This document shows, one piece after another, positions 10,020-18,920 of a DNA stretch of 64,000 bases. This DNA is from Arcanobacterium sp. (GTDB lineage: Bacteria > Actinomycetota > Actinomycetes > Actinomycetales > Actinomycetaceae), in assembly GCA_022783665.1 (NCBI GenBank), contig JALFZJ010000052.1:1539-65538 (forward strand), read 5' to 3'. Positions within the stretch are counted from its first letter, which is position 1. Every line of letters starts with the position of its first letter. The notes under the pieces were generated by a model. It worked only from the letters and a program-made list of their open reading frames with translations, had not been told where the DNA came from and made no database searches. The position numbers were made by a program, and so were the translations under genes.

Positions 10020-10562
10020 TCAGCTCGCGGGCGATGCACCAGACGAATTACGTGGTTTTGCAAGGGCGGCCACGGGTTTCATCATGAATATGCATACGGC
10101 GTTGAGCACGGCAGTACCGATCACAAAGGTAATCACATGAGCCCAGAAATGCATCATGAAAGCTTCCATATTGATGGTACATGCAAGCAAGTACGCGAAA
10201 CCGACGTTGTTGAACAACACGGGCACTTTAGGATGCAAGACGATAAGCACGAACAAGATGATCGCCAGTGGTATCACGAAGGCAATCAGCTCGCCGACGT
10301 ACGGCGTGAGCCACATGATCGAGCGCAACATTGCATACGTGGCAAAGATACCTACAGCCCCACCCACAAGCACTTCCCAATACTTGCGCCACGGCTCCCC
10401 TTGCATCGTAAAGAACATGACGTTAGCGATGAAGATCATCGCCGTGTAGTGCACGCCCAAAGCATGAAGCAGCAGGTTGACGATAATAATGAGCGCCCAG
10501 AGAGCGTAGCGATAGTAGGTGAGAAACTTCTGTTTTGGGTCTGTTTGTACTGGTGGACTCAT
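10020..10562 (-). CDS. hypothetical integral membrane protein (about 5 TM)
   Basis: 180-aa hydrophobic ORF upstream of, and co-oriented with, the hydroxyacyl-CoA dehydrogenase. Family not recognised. Confidence 0.5.
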   Translation of the reverse strand: MSPPVQTDPKQKFLTYYRYALWALIIIVNLLLHALGVHYTAMIFIANVMFFTMQGEPWRKYWEVLVGGAVGIFATYAMLRSIMWLTPYVGELIAFVIPLAIILFVLIVLHPKVPVLFNNVGFAYLLACTINMEAFMMHFWAHVITFVIGTAVLNAVCIFMMKPVAALAKPRNSSGASPAS

Positions 10563-10951
10563 TCCATACCTCCATTGATGACGTGCATGGGCACGTGTGT
10601 TGCGTCGAGCATCAGTGCCGTCCTTGGCACTAGTCTAAAAAGTCTCTCATAAAGTGATGTTGAACACAAGTAAAAACAACTAAAAAATGGATTAATATCA
10701 AAGATGCATCGATTATCGGTTGAAATATCAACGTTTTCAGGCCGTCACTTTTCCAAAAAGCCAGGTCATAAATTGCTCGAAATTGACCCTCCGTTTTGCG
10801 ATATTCACCACACTCCGTGGAGTACAATCGATCCCATGCAATCACGGCAAGTGGTGAAGCTAGCCGTGACGACGCCAGGCGACGTCTCAAAATATAACAG
10901 GTATTCGAAGCGTATTCGGGCACTTTGCCCGAAAGAAGGGAGACATCGGGC

Positions 10952-12661
10952 ATGAAATATTTTGCTGGCAAAGTAGCACTCATTACTGGAGGAGCCAATG
11001 GGATCGGTAAAGCCTTTGCGATTGCAGCAGCCAAGCGTGGCATGAAGATTGCGCTCGTCGATATTGATGCAGCGGATCTTGTTGGTACTGCAGCAGTGCT
11101 GAAAGGTCTGGGAGCAGAAGTCGTTACCATCGAGACAGATGTGACGGACGCAGCCGAGGTTAAAAAGAGCGTTGAGAAGACGATGGAGGCTTTCGGCCAA
11201 ATCGATCTCCTTTTCAATAACGCTGGTATTGCTCCGGCAGGCGATGTGCTCGAACTGCCCGTGATCGATTGGCAGTGGGCCGTGCAGGCAAACCTCGTCA
11301 GCCACGGCTATTACTACAGTGAAGTGCTGCCCATCATGGAAAAGCAAGGCACCCCAGGCCATATCCTCGCCACGGCATCCATCGCTGGCGCTATTCCCGG
11401 ATTCGGCTCCAACCCAGCATATTCAGCTACTAAACATGGGGCTCTTGCACTCGCCGAAGATTTGCGCGTCTACATGGATCTGCACAAACTCGATATTGGC
11501 GTTACCGTCTACTGCCCCGGCTTTGTGCAGACGGATCTTCACCATTCGATGCGTCACCGCCCAGAACGCTTTACGGATAATGACGATCCGTGGTATTCGT
11601 CTGATGCCTACCGTGCACGCCTCAATAATACGAACGTCAATATCAGCACCGGCATCCCGATCGATGGTGTAGGCGAGCGCATCTTCGAGGCTGTAGAGAA
11701 CAATGATCTTTTCGTCTTTACCCATCCAGAGTATGCGCCCCTCGTCAAGCACCGTCACGCAAATATTGAGAAAGACGGCGAAGCATACGACGGCTTAGGT
11801 ATCGAAACGGATCGTGACTTTACTGGGCAAGTTGCCTTGATCACCGGCGCCGCGAGCGGGTTTGGTAGAGAATTTGCCAAGGAAGCCTTTAGCCGAGGCA
11901 TGAAGCTCTCGCTTGTGGACATTCAAGAGGACAAGCTCAAGGCCTTCGCTGAAGAACTCGAAAAGGAGGGCGCGGAGGTACTTACTATTCCGGCCGACGT
12001 CTCCCTGCCTAAAGACGTTAAAGCCACAGTAGATAAGACGATGGAACGCTACGGCCAGATCGACGTGTTGTTTGCCAATGCCGGCGTTGCAACCTTGGGC
12101 GATGAATCACACCTCAAGCCTCAAGACTGGGATTGGGCTGCGAGCGCCAACCTCCTAAGCCACGCATATTATTACCGCGAAGTGCTGCCTATCATGATTA
12201 AGCAGGGCACCCCCGCCAATATTATGAGCACGGCATCAATCGCTGGTGTAATCCCCGGCTTCGCAAAAGTGCCTACCTATGCGGCAACAAAGCATGCGCT
12301 CGTGGCTTTCGTCGAAGCAGCAGCCGGATACTTGAAAGATCACGACGTGAGCAATGTTAAGGTCTCGGTCTACTGCCCAGGATTTGTGCAGACGAGGCTT
12401 CAACATTCCGACGATTATCGCCCGGAGCGCTTCGCCAAAGGTGACGATCCCTACTACGAGTCTGATTATTACAAAGAATCGGCTGAGGGGCTCAACTACC
12501 TGATCACTCACGGTACCGAGCTTGAGCCGGTGGCTAAGCGCCTCTTCAAAGCACTTGAAGAAGGCCAACTGTATGTTTTGACTCACGCGAAGCATCAAAA
12601 GCAGGTCGCTGCGCGGCATCGCAATATCGAGAAGTATCTCGAAGATGGCGCTCCAGCTTAG
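10952..12661 (+). CDS. tandem double short-chain dehydrogenase/reductase (two complete SDR modules in one polypeptide)
   Basis: Module 1 has TGGANGIGKA, NNAG and ASIAG...YSATKHG. Module 2 has TGAASGFGRE, ANAG and ASIAG...YAATKHA. The modules align over their whole length at about 45-50% identity by eye. AAGGGAG RBS precedes ATG 10952. Confidence 0.8.
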   Translation: MKYFAGKVALITGGANGIGKAFAIAAAKRGMKIALVDIDAADLVGTAAVLKGLGAEVVTIETDVTDAAEVKKSVEKTMEAFGQIDLLFNNAGIAPAGDVLELPVIDWQWAVQANLVSHGYYYSEVLPIMEKQGTPGHILATASIAGAIPGFGSNPAYSATKHGALALAEDLRVYMDLHKLDIGVTVYCPGFVQTDLHHSMRHRPERFTDNDDPWYSSDAYRARLNNTNVNISTGIPIDGVGERIFEAVENNDLFVFTHPEYAPLVKHRHANIEKDGEAYDGLGIETDRDFTGQVALITGAASGFGREFAKEAFSRGMKLSLVDIQEDKLKAFAEELEKEGAEVLTIPADVSLPKDVKATVDKTMERYGQIDVLFANAGVATLGDESHLKPQDWDWAASANLLSHAYYYREVLPIMIKQGTPANIMSTASIAGVIPGFAKVPTYAATKHALVAFVEAAAGYLKDHDVSNVKVSVYCPGFVQTRLQHSDDYRPERFAKGDDPYYESDYYKESAEGLNYLITHGTELEPVAKRLFKALEEGQLYVLTHAKHQKQVAARHRNIEKYLEDGAPA

Positions 12662-12771
12662 GGCACAGATCGCGAGCGGCGCATAGCGCACAGGCGCTCA
12701 TGCAGCAAGCCGCTGCGATGCGTGACTCACCAAAATCTTTGATTTTGCATCTATTAAAACAAGGAGGATAA

Positions 12772-13533
12772 ATGGTTCGAGTAGTCGCCTGTTACAAGTG
12801 GGTACTTGACGACGTGGACATCCGCGTTTCCGCTGACGGAAGCGTAGACACAAGCCGCGCCAAAGGCAAGATTAGCGAATACGAAAAGGGGGCAATCCAG
12901 GCTGCAGTGCAGCTCGCCGGCGATTTCGATGCCACGCCCGTTGGCTTAACGTTCGGCGGAGACGACGCACAATCGTCACTGAAAGATGCCCTCTCGCGCG
13001 GATTGGATGAGGCCTACTGGGCACACGGAGATACGTCCAGCGCAGATGGCAGCCTCACCGCTTCTGTACTCGCAAAAGCTATTGGCACGATTGACGACGT
13101 CTCTCTCGTAGTGTGCGCGGAGGGTTCAGCCGATGATTTTGCCCGCCAAACCGGGCCTCGCTTAGCAGCAGAACTCGACTATCCGTGCATTAGCTCTGTG
13201 CTCGAAGCCTCGGTGAACGGCACAACTCTAACGGCAAAGCGCCGCGTGGACAACACCGTCGAAACTGTAGAAGTTGAGCTGCCCGCAGTGATCGCTGTTC
13301 GTCCCGAATTTGCCGAAGCACCGATTCCTGGCATCAAGGCGGTGATGGCCGCACGCAAGAAGCCCACCACCGAGATCGATGTTGCCGGCCTTGAGGCTGG
13401 CTCCCCTGCCGCGACCGTCACTGCCACGAAGGGAGCAGTTGTAGAACGTAAAGGAATTGAAATCAAAGAAGACAGCCCTGAAGCTACAGCACATGCTTTG
13501 GTGGTTGCACTGCAGAAGGAGGGTGTACTCTGA
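12772..13533 (+). CDS. fixA: electron transfer flavoprotein beta subunit, FixA type
   Basis: N-terminus VVACYKWVLDDVDIRVSADGSVDTSRAKGKISEYEKGAIQAA parallels E. coli FixA. AGGAGG RBS. Confidence 0.85.
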   Translation: MVRVVACYKWVLDDVDIRVSADGSVDTSRAKGKISEYEKGAIQAAVQLAGDFDATPVGLTFGGDDAQSSLKDALSRGLDEAYWAHGDTSSADGSLTASVLAKAIGTIDDVSLVVCAEGSADDFARQTGPRLAAELDYPCISSVLEASVNGTTLTAKRRVDNTVETVEVELPAVIAVRPEFAEAPIPGIKAVMAARKKPTTEIDVAGLEAGSPAATVTATKGAVVERKGIEIKEDSPEATAHALVVALQKEGVL

Positions 13534-14447
13534 TGGCACGTTTTCTTGTATATAGCGACGCAAGCCCACGCACAGCAGAGCTCGTCACCTTCGCTCAAAC
13601 ATCTGGCGCAGACGCCGAAGCTCTCGCCCTTTCCCCGCAGCAAGCTACAGAGCTCGAATCATGCGGAGCTACCACGCTCCTGACGGCAGATATTGGCGAG
13701 GCCACACCAGAATCGTGCGCACGCTCAATCGCCGATCTCGTTAAGGAACGCGGAATCGATGTGGTTGTTATTGGCACTACGGCTCGCGGACTGGATCTCG
13801 CCGCGCAGGTTGCCGGATTCCTCGGCTGGGGCTACGGATCCGACGTCTCTAATCTTGCCTATGCTGACGGCACACTCACCTACGAGCGCAGCCTCTATGG
13901 CGGCACCGTAATCTCCGAGGAAACCATCGAAGGTAATGCCGTGATCAGCGTTGGGCGAGGCAACTTTGCACCTGCAAGCGGCGCCGTAGGTGCTACTGAG
14001 GCAGTGGAGGTGCATCCCGATGAGCGTATCCGCATCGTTGCACGCGAGGAGATTCCAAGTGAAGGAGCAGATATCACCTCAGCCGAGCATGTGGTGAGCG
14101 TTGGTATGGGTACTCCGAGCAAGGATGATATCCAGATCGCACAAGACCTCGCCGATGCAATGAACGGCGCGGTGGCTTGCTCCCGCGGCGTAGCAGAAGA
14201 GCGTGACTGGCTGCCGGTAGAAAGCTATGTGGGAATCTCGGGCAAGGTGATTCAGCCAAAGCTCTACCTCGCCCTGGGTATTTCTGGCCAGGTACAGCAC
14301 ATGTATGGCGTACGTGATGCGAAGATGATCGTCGCCATCAATACCGACAAGAACTCACTGATTTGTACCCGCGGCTCAGACTACTACATCGTGGGCGACA
14401 TGCTCGAGTACGCACCGCTCATCAAGGCCGAAATCGAAAAACTGTAA
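13533..14447 (+). CDS. fixB: electron transfer flavoprotein alpha subunit, FixB type
   Basis: 1-nt TGATG overlap with fixA. C-terminal FAD-binding block SRGVAEERDWLPVESYVGISGKVIQPKLYLALGISGQVQHM. Confidence 0.85.
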   Translation: MARFLVYSDASPRTAELVTFAQTSGADAEALALSPQQATELESCGATTLLTADIGEATPESCARSIADLVKERGIDVVVIGTTARGLDLAAQVAGFLGWGYGSDVSNLAYADGTLTYERSLYGGTVISEETIEGNAVISVGRGNFAPASGAVGATEAVEVHPDERIRIVAREEIPSEGADITSAEHVVSVGMGTPSKDDIQIAQDLADAMNGAVACSRGVAEERDWLPVESYVGISGKVIQPKLYLALGISGQVQHMYGVRDAKMIVAINTDKNSLICTRGSDYYIVGDMLEYAPLIKAEIEKL

Positions 14448-14473
14448 CACACCGATCATATATAGGAGACACA

Positions 14474-15649
14474 ATGACGTATTTTTACGAAACTGAAGAC
14501 CGCATCCTCATGCGCAATATCGCACGCGATTTCGTTGAGCAGGAGCTTATGCCAATTGCGCAGCAGGTAGACACAGATCCCGAAAGCGTGGATATGAAGT
14601 CGCTCTATCATCGCGCCGGCGAGCTGGGGATTCTCGGCCTCGCAGTTCCAGAAGAGTATGGCGGCACAGGCGCCGACTACACCACTGTTGCAATGGTGAA
14701 TGAGGAAATCGGCAAGGCGCTGCCAGTGATGGGGCTCAATATCTCCGTGCACTCCATCCTGTCCGGTGAGCTTATCATGCTGCTGGGCAGCGATGAGCTC
14801 AAGAAGCGTTATCTTCCAGATCTCGCAAGCGGCAAGACGCTTTTCGCATGTTGCTCCACCGAGCCTGTAGGCGCCTTGAACCACACGGAATGGCAGGTGA
14901 CTGCTACAGAGGAAGATGACCACTACCTCATCAACGGCTCGAAGATGCTTATCTCCCAGGCCGGTTTGGCAGATAAGTTCGTGGTACTAGCTGTGACGAC
15001 GCGCCCTGTAGATCCCGCCACGCGCTTCGGTATCTCCGCATTCATTGTGGACGCACATGCCGAAGGTGTAACGATTGGCCACCACGAACACAAGTTCGCT
15101 ATGCATGGTTCGGCATCTACCACCGTTACCTTCAACAATGTGCGTGTGCCGAAGGAAGACCTTATCGGCGAGCGCGATAAGGGCGCTGCTGGCATGATGA
15201 TTTCGGCAACGAACGAGTTCATGACGTGTGGCCCGATGTGCCTCGGTATGGCAGAGCACTGCTTTGATGTAACCCTAGAGTATGCTCGCCAGCGCATTCA
15301 GCGCGGCAAGAATCTGATCGACAACTATCAGGTTGTGGCACACATGTTTGCCGATATGTGGGTGAAGATCGAGATGCTTCGTGCAACGTGCTACAACGTA
15401 TTCGATCAAAAAGATAAGGGTAAGTATCAGCTTGCTCAAGGACGCATGCTCAAAGTGATGGGCTCCAAGATCGCTATGGAAGTTGCTGCGGACTGCATGC
15501 AGATTTACGGCGGGCTTGGCTGCATCACCGAGACTGGAATCGATCGGTACTGGCGCGATGCCAAGATGCTCCATATTGCCGGTGAAGCAAGTGAGGCCTT
15601 GATGGACAATATCGCCGACTTCATCAAGACCGACAAGACGGACATCTAA
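14474..15649 (+). CDS. acyl-CoA dehydrogenase family protein
   Basis: AGGAG RBS precedes ATG 14474. ACAD fold blocks are present (GGTGADYTT..., CSTEPVGALN, QIYGGLG, YWRDAKM). The longer ORF from 14363 overlaps fixB. Confidence 0.85.
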   Translation: MTYFYETEDRILMRNIARDFVEQELMPIAQQVDTDPESVDMKSLYHRAGELGILGLAVPEEYGGTGADYTTVAMVNEEIGKALPVMGLNISVHSILSGELIMLLGSDELKKRYLPDLASGKTLFACCSTEPVGALNHTEWQVTATEEDDHYLINGSKMLISQAGLADKFVVLAVTTRPVDPATRFGISAFIVDAHAEGVTIGHHEHKFAMHGSASTTVTFNNVRVPKEDLIGERDKGAAGMMISATNEFMTCGPMCLGMAEHCFDVTLEYARQRIQRGKNLIDNYQVVAHMFADMWVKIEMLRATCYNVFDQKDKGKYQLAQGRMLKVMGSKIAMEVAADCMQIYGGLGCITETGIDRYWRDAKMLHIAGEASEALMDNIADFIKTDKTDI

Positions 15650-15678
15650 TACCCCTTGCACACCCGAGCGGTTCAAGT

Positions 15679-15709
15679 GATGCGGGCTGCCCCTGGGGCA
15701 GCCCGCATC
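15679..15709 (+). other. perfect 15-bp GC-rich hairpin between the acyl-CoA dehydrogenase and fixC
   Basis: GATGCGGGCTGCCCC-T-GGGGCAGCCCGCATC, 30 nt after the ACAD stop. No T-tract follows. Confidence 0.5.
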
Positions 15710-15735
15710 GGCTCGATATACATTTAGCACACAAG

Positions 15736-17067
15736 ATGGAGGCCACGGTGGCACTTGAAGAACGAGATTTTGACGTTATCGTCGTTGGAGGGGGCTGCGC
15801 CGGCACGGTAGCCGCATACGTCGCAGCGAAAAAAGGCAAAAGCGTACTACTCATTGAGCGCGGCGAGCATCCAGGTTCGAAGAATATGACCGGAGGCCGC
15901 CTCTATGCTCACTCGCTGCGTAAACTCCTCGATACATACGCTGAGGGGGAGGTTGAGTGGAGCGATATTCCATTCGAGCGCAAGATTACCCATGAGCGCA
16001 TCGCATTGATGGATCCGCACTCCAACTTCACTATAGACTTTACAAGCAAGGAACTCGGCCTTGACGGCAATGATTCCTATAGCGTGCTGCGCTCCCGCTT
16101 CGACCAATGGCTTGCAGACCTTGCCGAATCTGCCGGCGCAGAAATCATCCCAGGCATACCTGTAGAAACACTACTTCGTAAAGAAGACGGCACAGTGTAC
16201 GGGGTACGCGCTGGAGACGACGAACTCACGGCACACGTCGTCATCGATGCTGAAGGCACGAACTCACTACTGGCTGAACGCGATCTTGGCGTGCCACGCC
16301 TCGAACCCCATGAGGTAGCTGTAGGCATCAAACACGTTTACGAATTGGCGCCCGAACAGATTGAGGATCGTTTCTTGCTCCCTGAAGGCGAAGGGGCAGC
16401 AATGCTTTATGTGGGAGACTGCACCCACGGAGTTGTAGGTGGCGGCTTTGTATACACCAACACGGATACGATCAGCCTCGGCCTTGTAGCAACCGTGAGC
16501 GAGCTCCAAAAATCGAATACGACAATCTACCAGGCACTTGCTGATTTTGAGAAGCATCCTGCAGTTGCACCGCTTATTCGAGGTGCTGAGCTCGTGGAAC
16601 ACTCCGGGCATCTTGTACCGGAGGGCGGATATGATTCCGTGCCAGAATACGTATTCGACGGCGCTCTTCTTGCAGGCGATACGATGAGGCTTGTAATGAA
16701 CCTGGGCTACCAGGTGCGCGGGATGGACTTCGCCATTGCGAGTGGCCAGTTCGCTGCCGAAGCTGCATGTGAAGCGATTGATCGCGAGGACGTAAGCGCT
16801 GCAGGGCTCGCAACTTACCGCACAAAGCTTGAGAATTCCTTCGTATTGGCCGATCTCAAGACGTTCCGGAAATGGCCACATGTGATGGAAGAATGGACTC
16901 GCCTCTTCTCGCAGTACCCCACGATGGTTGCGAAGATATTCAACGCCATGTTCGTCGTGGATGGCAAACCCCAAGAGAAGCTCATCAAGCGCATCTGGCC
17001 GATTATTCGCCAAATGAAGCCTTTGAAGCTCGCCAATGAAGTACGTAAAGCTCTAATGGCTCTGTAG
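15736..17067 (+). CDS. fixC: FixC-type FAD-dependent oxidoreductase (ETF-quinone oxidoreductase-like)
   Basis: DFDVIVVGGGCAGTVAAYVAAKKG dinucleotide fold. About 440 aa. An alternative GTG start at 15748 lies 5 nt after GGAGG. Confidence 0.85.
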   Translation: MEATVALEERDFDVIVVGGGCAGTVAAYVAAKKGKSVLLIERGEHPGSKNMTGGRLYAHSLRKLLDTYAEGEVEWSDIPFERKITHERIALMDPHSNFTIDFTSKELGLDGNDSYSVLRSRFDQWLADLAESAGAEIIPGIPVETLLRKEDGTVYGVRAGDDELTAHVVIDAEGTNSLLAERDLGVPRLEPHEVAVGIKHVYELAPEQIEDRFLLPEGEGAAMLYVGDCTHGVVGGGFVYTNTDTISLGLVATVSELQKSNTTIYQALADFEKHPAVAPLIRGAELVEHSGHLVPEGGYDSVPEYVFDGALLAGDTMRLVMNLGYQVRGMDFAIASGQFAAEAACEAIDREDVSAAGLATYRTKLENSFVLADLKTFRKWPHVMEEWTRLFSQYPTMVAKIFNAMFVVDGKPQEKLIKRIWPIIRQMKPLKLANEVRKALMAL

Positions 17068-17090
17068 CCTGTATAGAAATCGAGGACGAC

Positions 17091-17399
17091 ATGACACTGC
17101 CACAAATTACGGTTCGAGTCGAAGAATATATCGGCGTCAATAAATATGAAGTGGATGAAGACAATCCGCATATCGTGCTTAGGGGTGAAGACTACCGCGA
17201 ACTGAGCGATGAAGAGTTTGGCAAACTCGTGCGAGTGTGCCCTGCGGCTCTGTACAAGCAAGATCCAGACGGCTCTCGCCGTTTCGACTACGCCGGATGC
17301 GTTGAATGCGGAACATGCAGGATAGTGGCCGAGGATACCATCCTTGAAAAGTGGGATTGCCCCGGCCCGCTCTCAGGCATTCAATACCGCTACGGGTGA
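17091..17399 (+). CDS. fixX: FixX ferredoxin-like protein
   Basis: CPAALYKQDPDGSRRFDYAGCVECGTCRIV closely parallels E. coli FixX. 102 aa. Confidence 0.85.
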   Translation: MTLPQITVRVEEYIGVNKYEVDEDNPHIVLRGEDYRELSDEEFGKLVRVCPAALYKQDPDGSRRFDYAGCVECGTCRIVAEDTILEKWDCPGPLSGIQYRYG

Positions 17400-17501
17400 T
17401 TTCCTAAGGCTATTTAACGCGCTACACAGTGGTGGATTTTCATCGTGTACATCTCCTGATAAGTATGCGACGGTGAGAATCCACCACTTCTAGATTGGTG
17501 T

Positions 17502-18920
17502 TTATGACGTCTTCGTGCCCTTGCTGGATGAGGGTGAGGCGCCCGCGCCACTATCGTCGGGGTGTGAGGTGGCGTCATATTGCGCTGGATGCGCGAGTGC
17601 CTGCACATCTTCAGGTGGTTCACGATCAAAGCCTGACTCTTCGCTCCACCCATACTTTTTCACTAGAGCCGGCTCGAGCTCGGCGTCTGGATCAGCCACG
17701 ATAGCATCCACAGTCTCCTCACGCATCGTTGAGAGCAGCTCTTTGTTGTCCAGATTCGATTCTTCCACTGCAGCCACAAGTTCTTCGTGTTGAGCTTTCG
17801 TATATCGCTTGCCCTTAGTCCAACGCCGCTTAAACAGAGCGCGAATCCTGTGGCGCCGCTCGGCTTCCTCCACAATCGTCTTTCGCTGCTTAAGCCAGCC
17901 ACGCCAGACGAGCACGATCATCACAATGCCCACATACCCCAAAATAGGATAGAGCTTGTTCACAAGCGGCTCGAAACCCACAAACGATAGAGCAAATCCG
18001 AGGGCAACAGTGCCGAAGAGCACCGGCTTGAAACGTTTCGGGTGGTGCACCGAGGCACGTTTCGCAATCGCGTAATACATGCCGATTGCCGTATTGAAGA
18101 TCATTCCGAAAATAATGATCGCCATAACCGTGCCGAACACAGGATTAATCGATTCCACAAGCGCAAGCATCGGCATCGGAGCGTCTTTCACGAGCGTCAG
18201 CTGGAAAAGCAATGCTGCTGCGGCGATCATCATGAGCACCCCGAAGGCAATGCCACCAAGCACTCCCCCGCGCCCTGCAGACTTCGGGTCTATCACATCG
18301 CCGCCCATCACGATCATAATTGATGAACCCATTGCGAAGACGAGAGCCACATAGTTCACGGCGGAAAGCAGCCAGTTGCCTATCGCCGGATCTACTGTGG
18401 CAGCAGATGCGAGCAATTCGGGCATAGGAGCCACTGGGTTCATCACGGAATAGATCGCTGCAGCGATAATCGTGACGATAATAAACGGGGTAATCCCTCC
18501 GATTACGGCCGTCACCTTCGATACATCGAGCAATCCTACTGCGGCAACGAGCAGCGCCATTGCCAGCGAGCCCACCCATACGGGCAGGCCAAACTGCTGG
18601 TTGAGATTCGATCCCGCACCTGCAATCATCACGAAACCCACACAAAACAGGGAAAACACGATAAAGAAATCCATAGCCCGCGAAAGCCATGGCGAGGCGA
18701 TTTTATCGAAGACGACGGAATGCTCCGTTGCGAGCTCATAGGAGCCTAGTTGGAATGTGGTATAGCCGACGAGCACAAGAGCAATGGCAGAAATACCTAC
18801 CGCTACAAGGCCGAGTGTTCCATGAGACACGTAGTATTGCAAGATTTCTTGGCCAGATGCAAACCCGGCTCCCACTACTGCCCCTACAAATGCCAAAGCG
18901 ATCATTATCGCTTTTTTCAT
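17502..18920 (-). CDS. YkvI-family membrane transporter-like protein with a 120-aa cytoplasmic C-terminal extension
   Basis: N-terminal GAGFASGQEILQYY signature and about 10-11 TM helices. The charged tail begins near RKTIVEEAERRH. Confidence 0.6.
   Translation of the reverse strand: MKKAIMIALAFVGAVVGAGFASGQEILQYYVSHGTLGLVAVGISAIALVLVGYTTFQLGSYELATEHSVVFDKIASPWLSRAMDFFIVFSLFCVGFVMIAGAGSNLNQQFGLPVWVGSLAMALLVAAVGLLDVSKVTAVIGGITPFIIVTIIAAAIYSVMNPVAPMPELLASAATVDPAIGNWLLSAVNYVALVFAMGSSIMIVMGGDVIDPKSAGRGGVLGGIAFGVLMMIAAAALLFQLTLVKDAPMPMLALVESINPVFGTVMAIIIFGMIFNTAIGMYYAIAKRASVHHPKRFKPVLFGTVALGFALSFVGFEPLVNKLYPILGYVGIVMIVLVWRGWLKQRKTIVEEAERRHRIRALFKRRWTKGKRYTKAQHEELVAAVEESNLDNKELLSTMREETVDAIVADPDAELEPALVKKYGWSEESGFDREPPEDVQALAHPAQYDATSHPDDSGAGASPSSSKGTKTS

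Noticed and set aside
9906-11362. ORFs 9906-10652 (+), 10630-11217 (-) and 10805-11362 (-)
   Set aside because: They are shadow frames of the 5-TM membrane-protein gene and the double-SDR gene or run through the AT-rich promoter region. No motifs were recognised.
14363-14473. Longer N-terminus of the acyl-CoA dehydrogenase (ORF-track start 14363)
   Set aside because: The extension overlaps the fixB 3' end, is Arg-rich low-complexity sequence, and has no RBS. ATG 14474 follows AGGAG and begins the conserved ACAD N-terminus.
17429-17488. 10-bp inverted repeat GTGGTGGATT...AATCCACCAC between fixX and the YkvI-family gene, as a bidirectional terminator
   Set aside because: The loop is about 40 nt and there is no T-tract. 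It is plausible but too weak to call as a feature.
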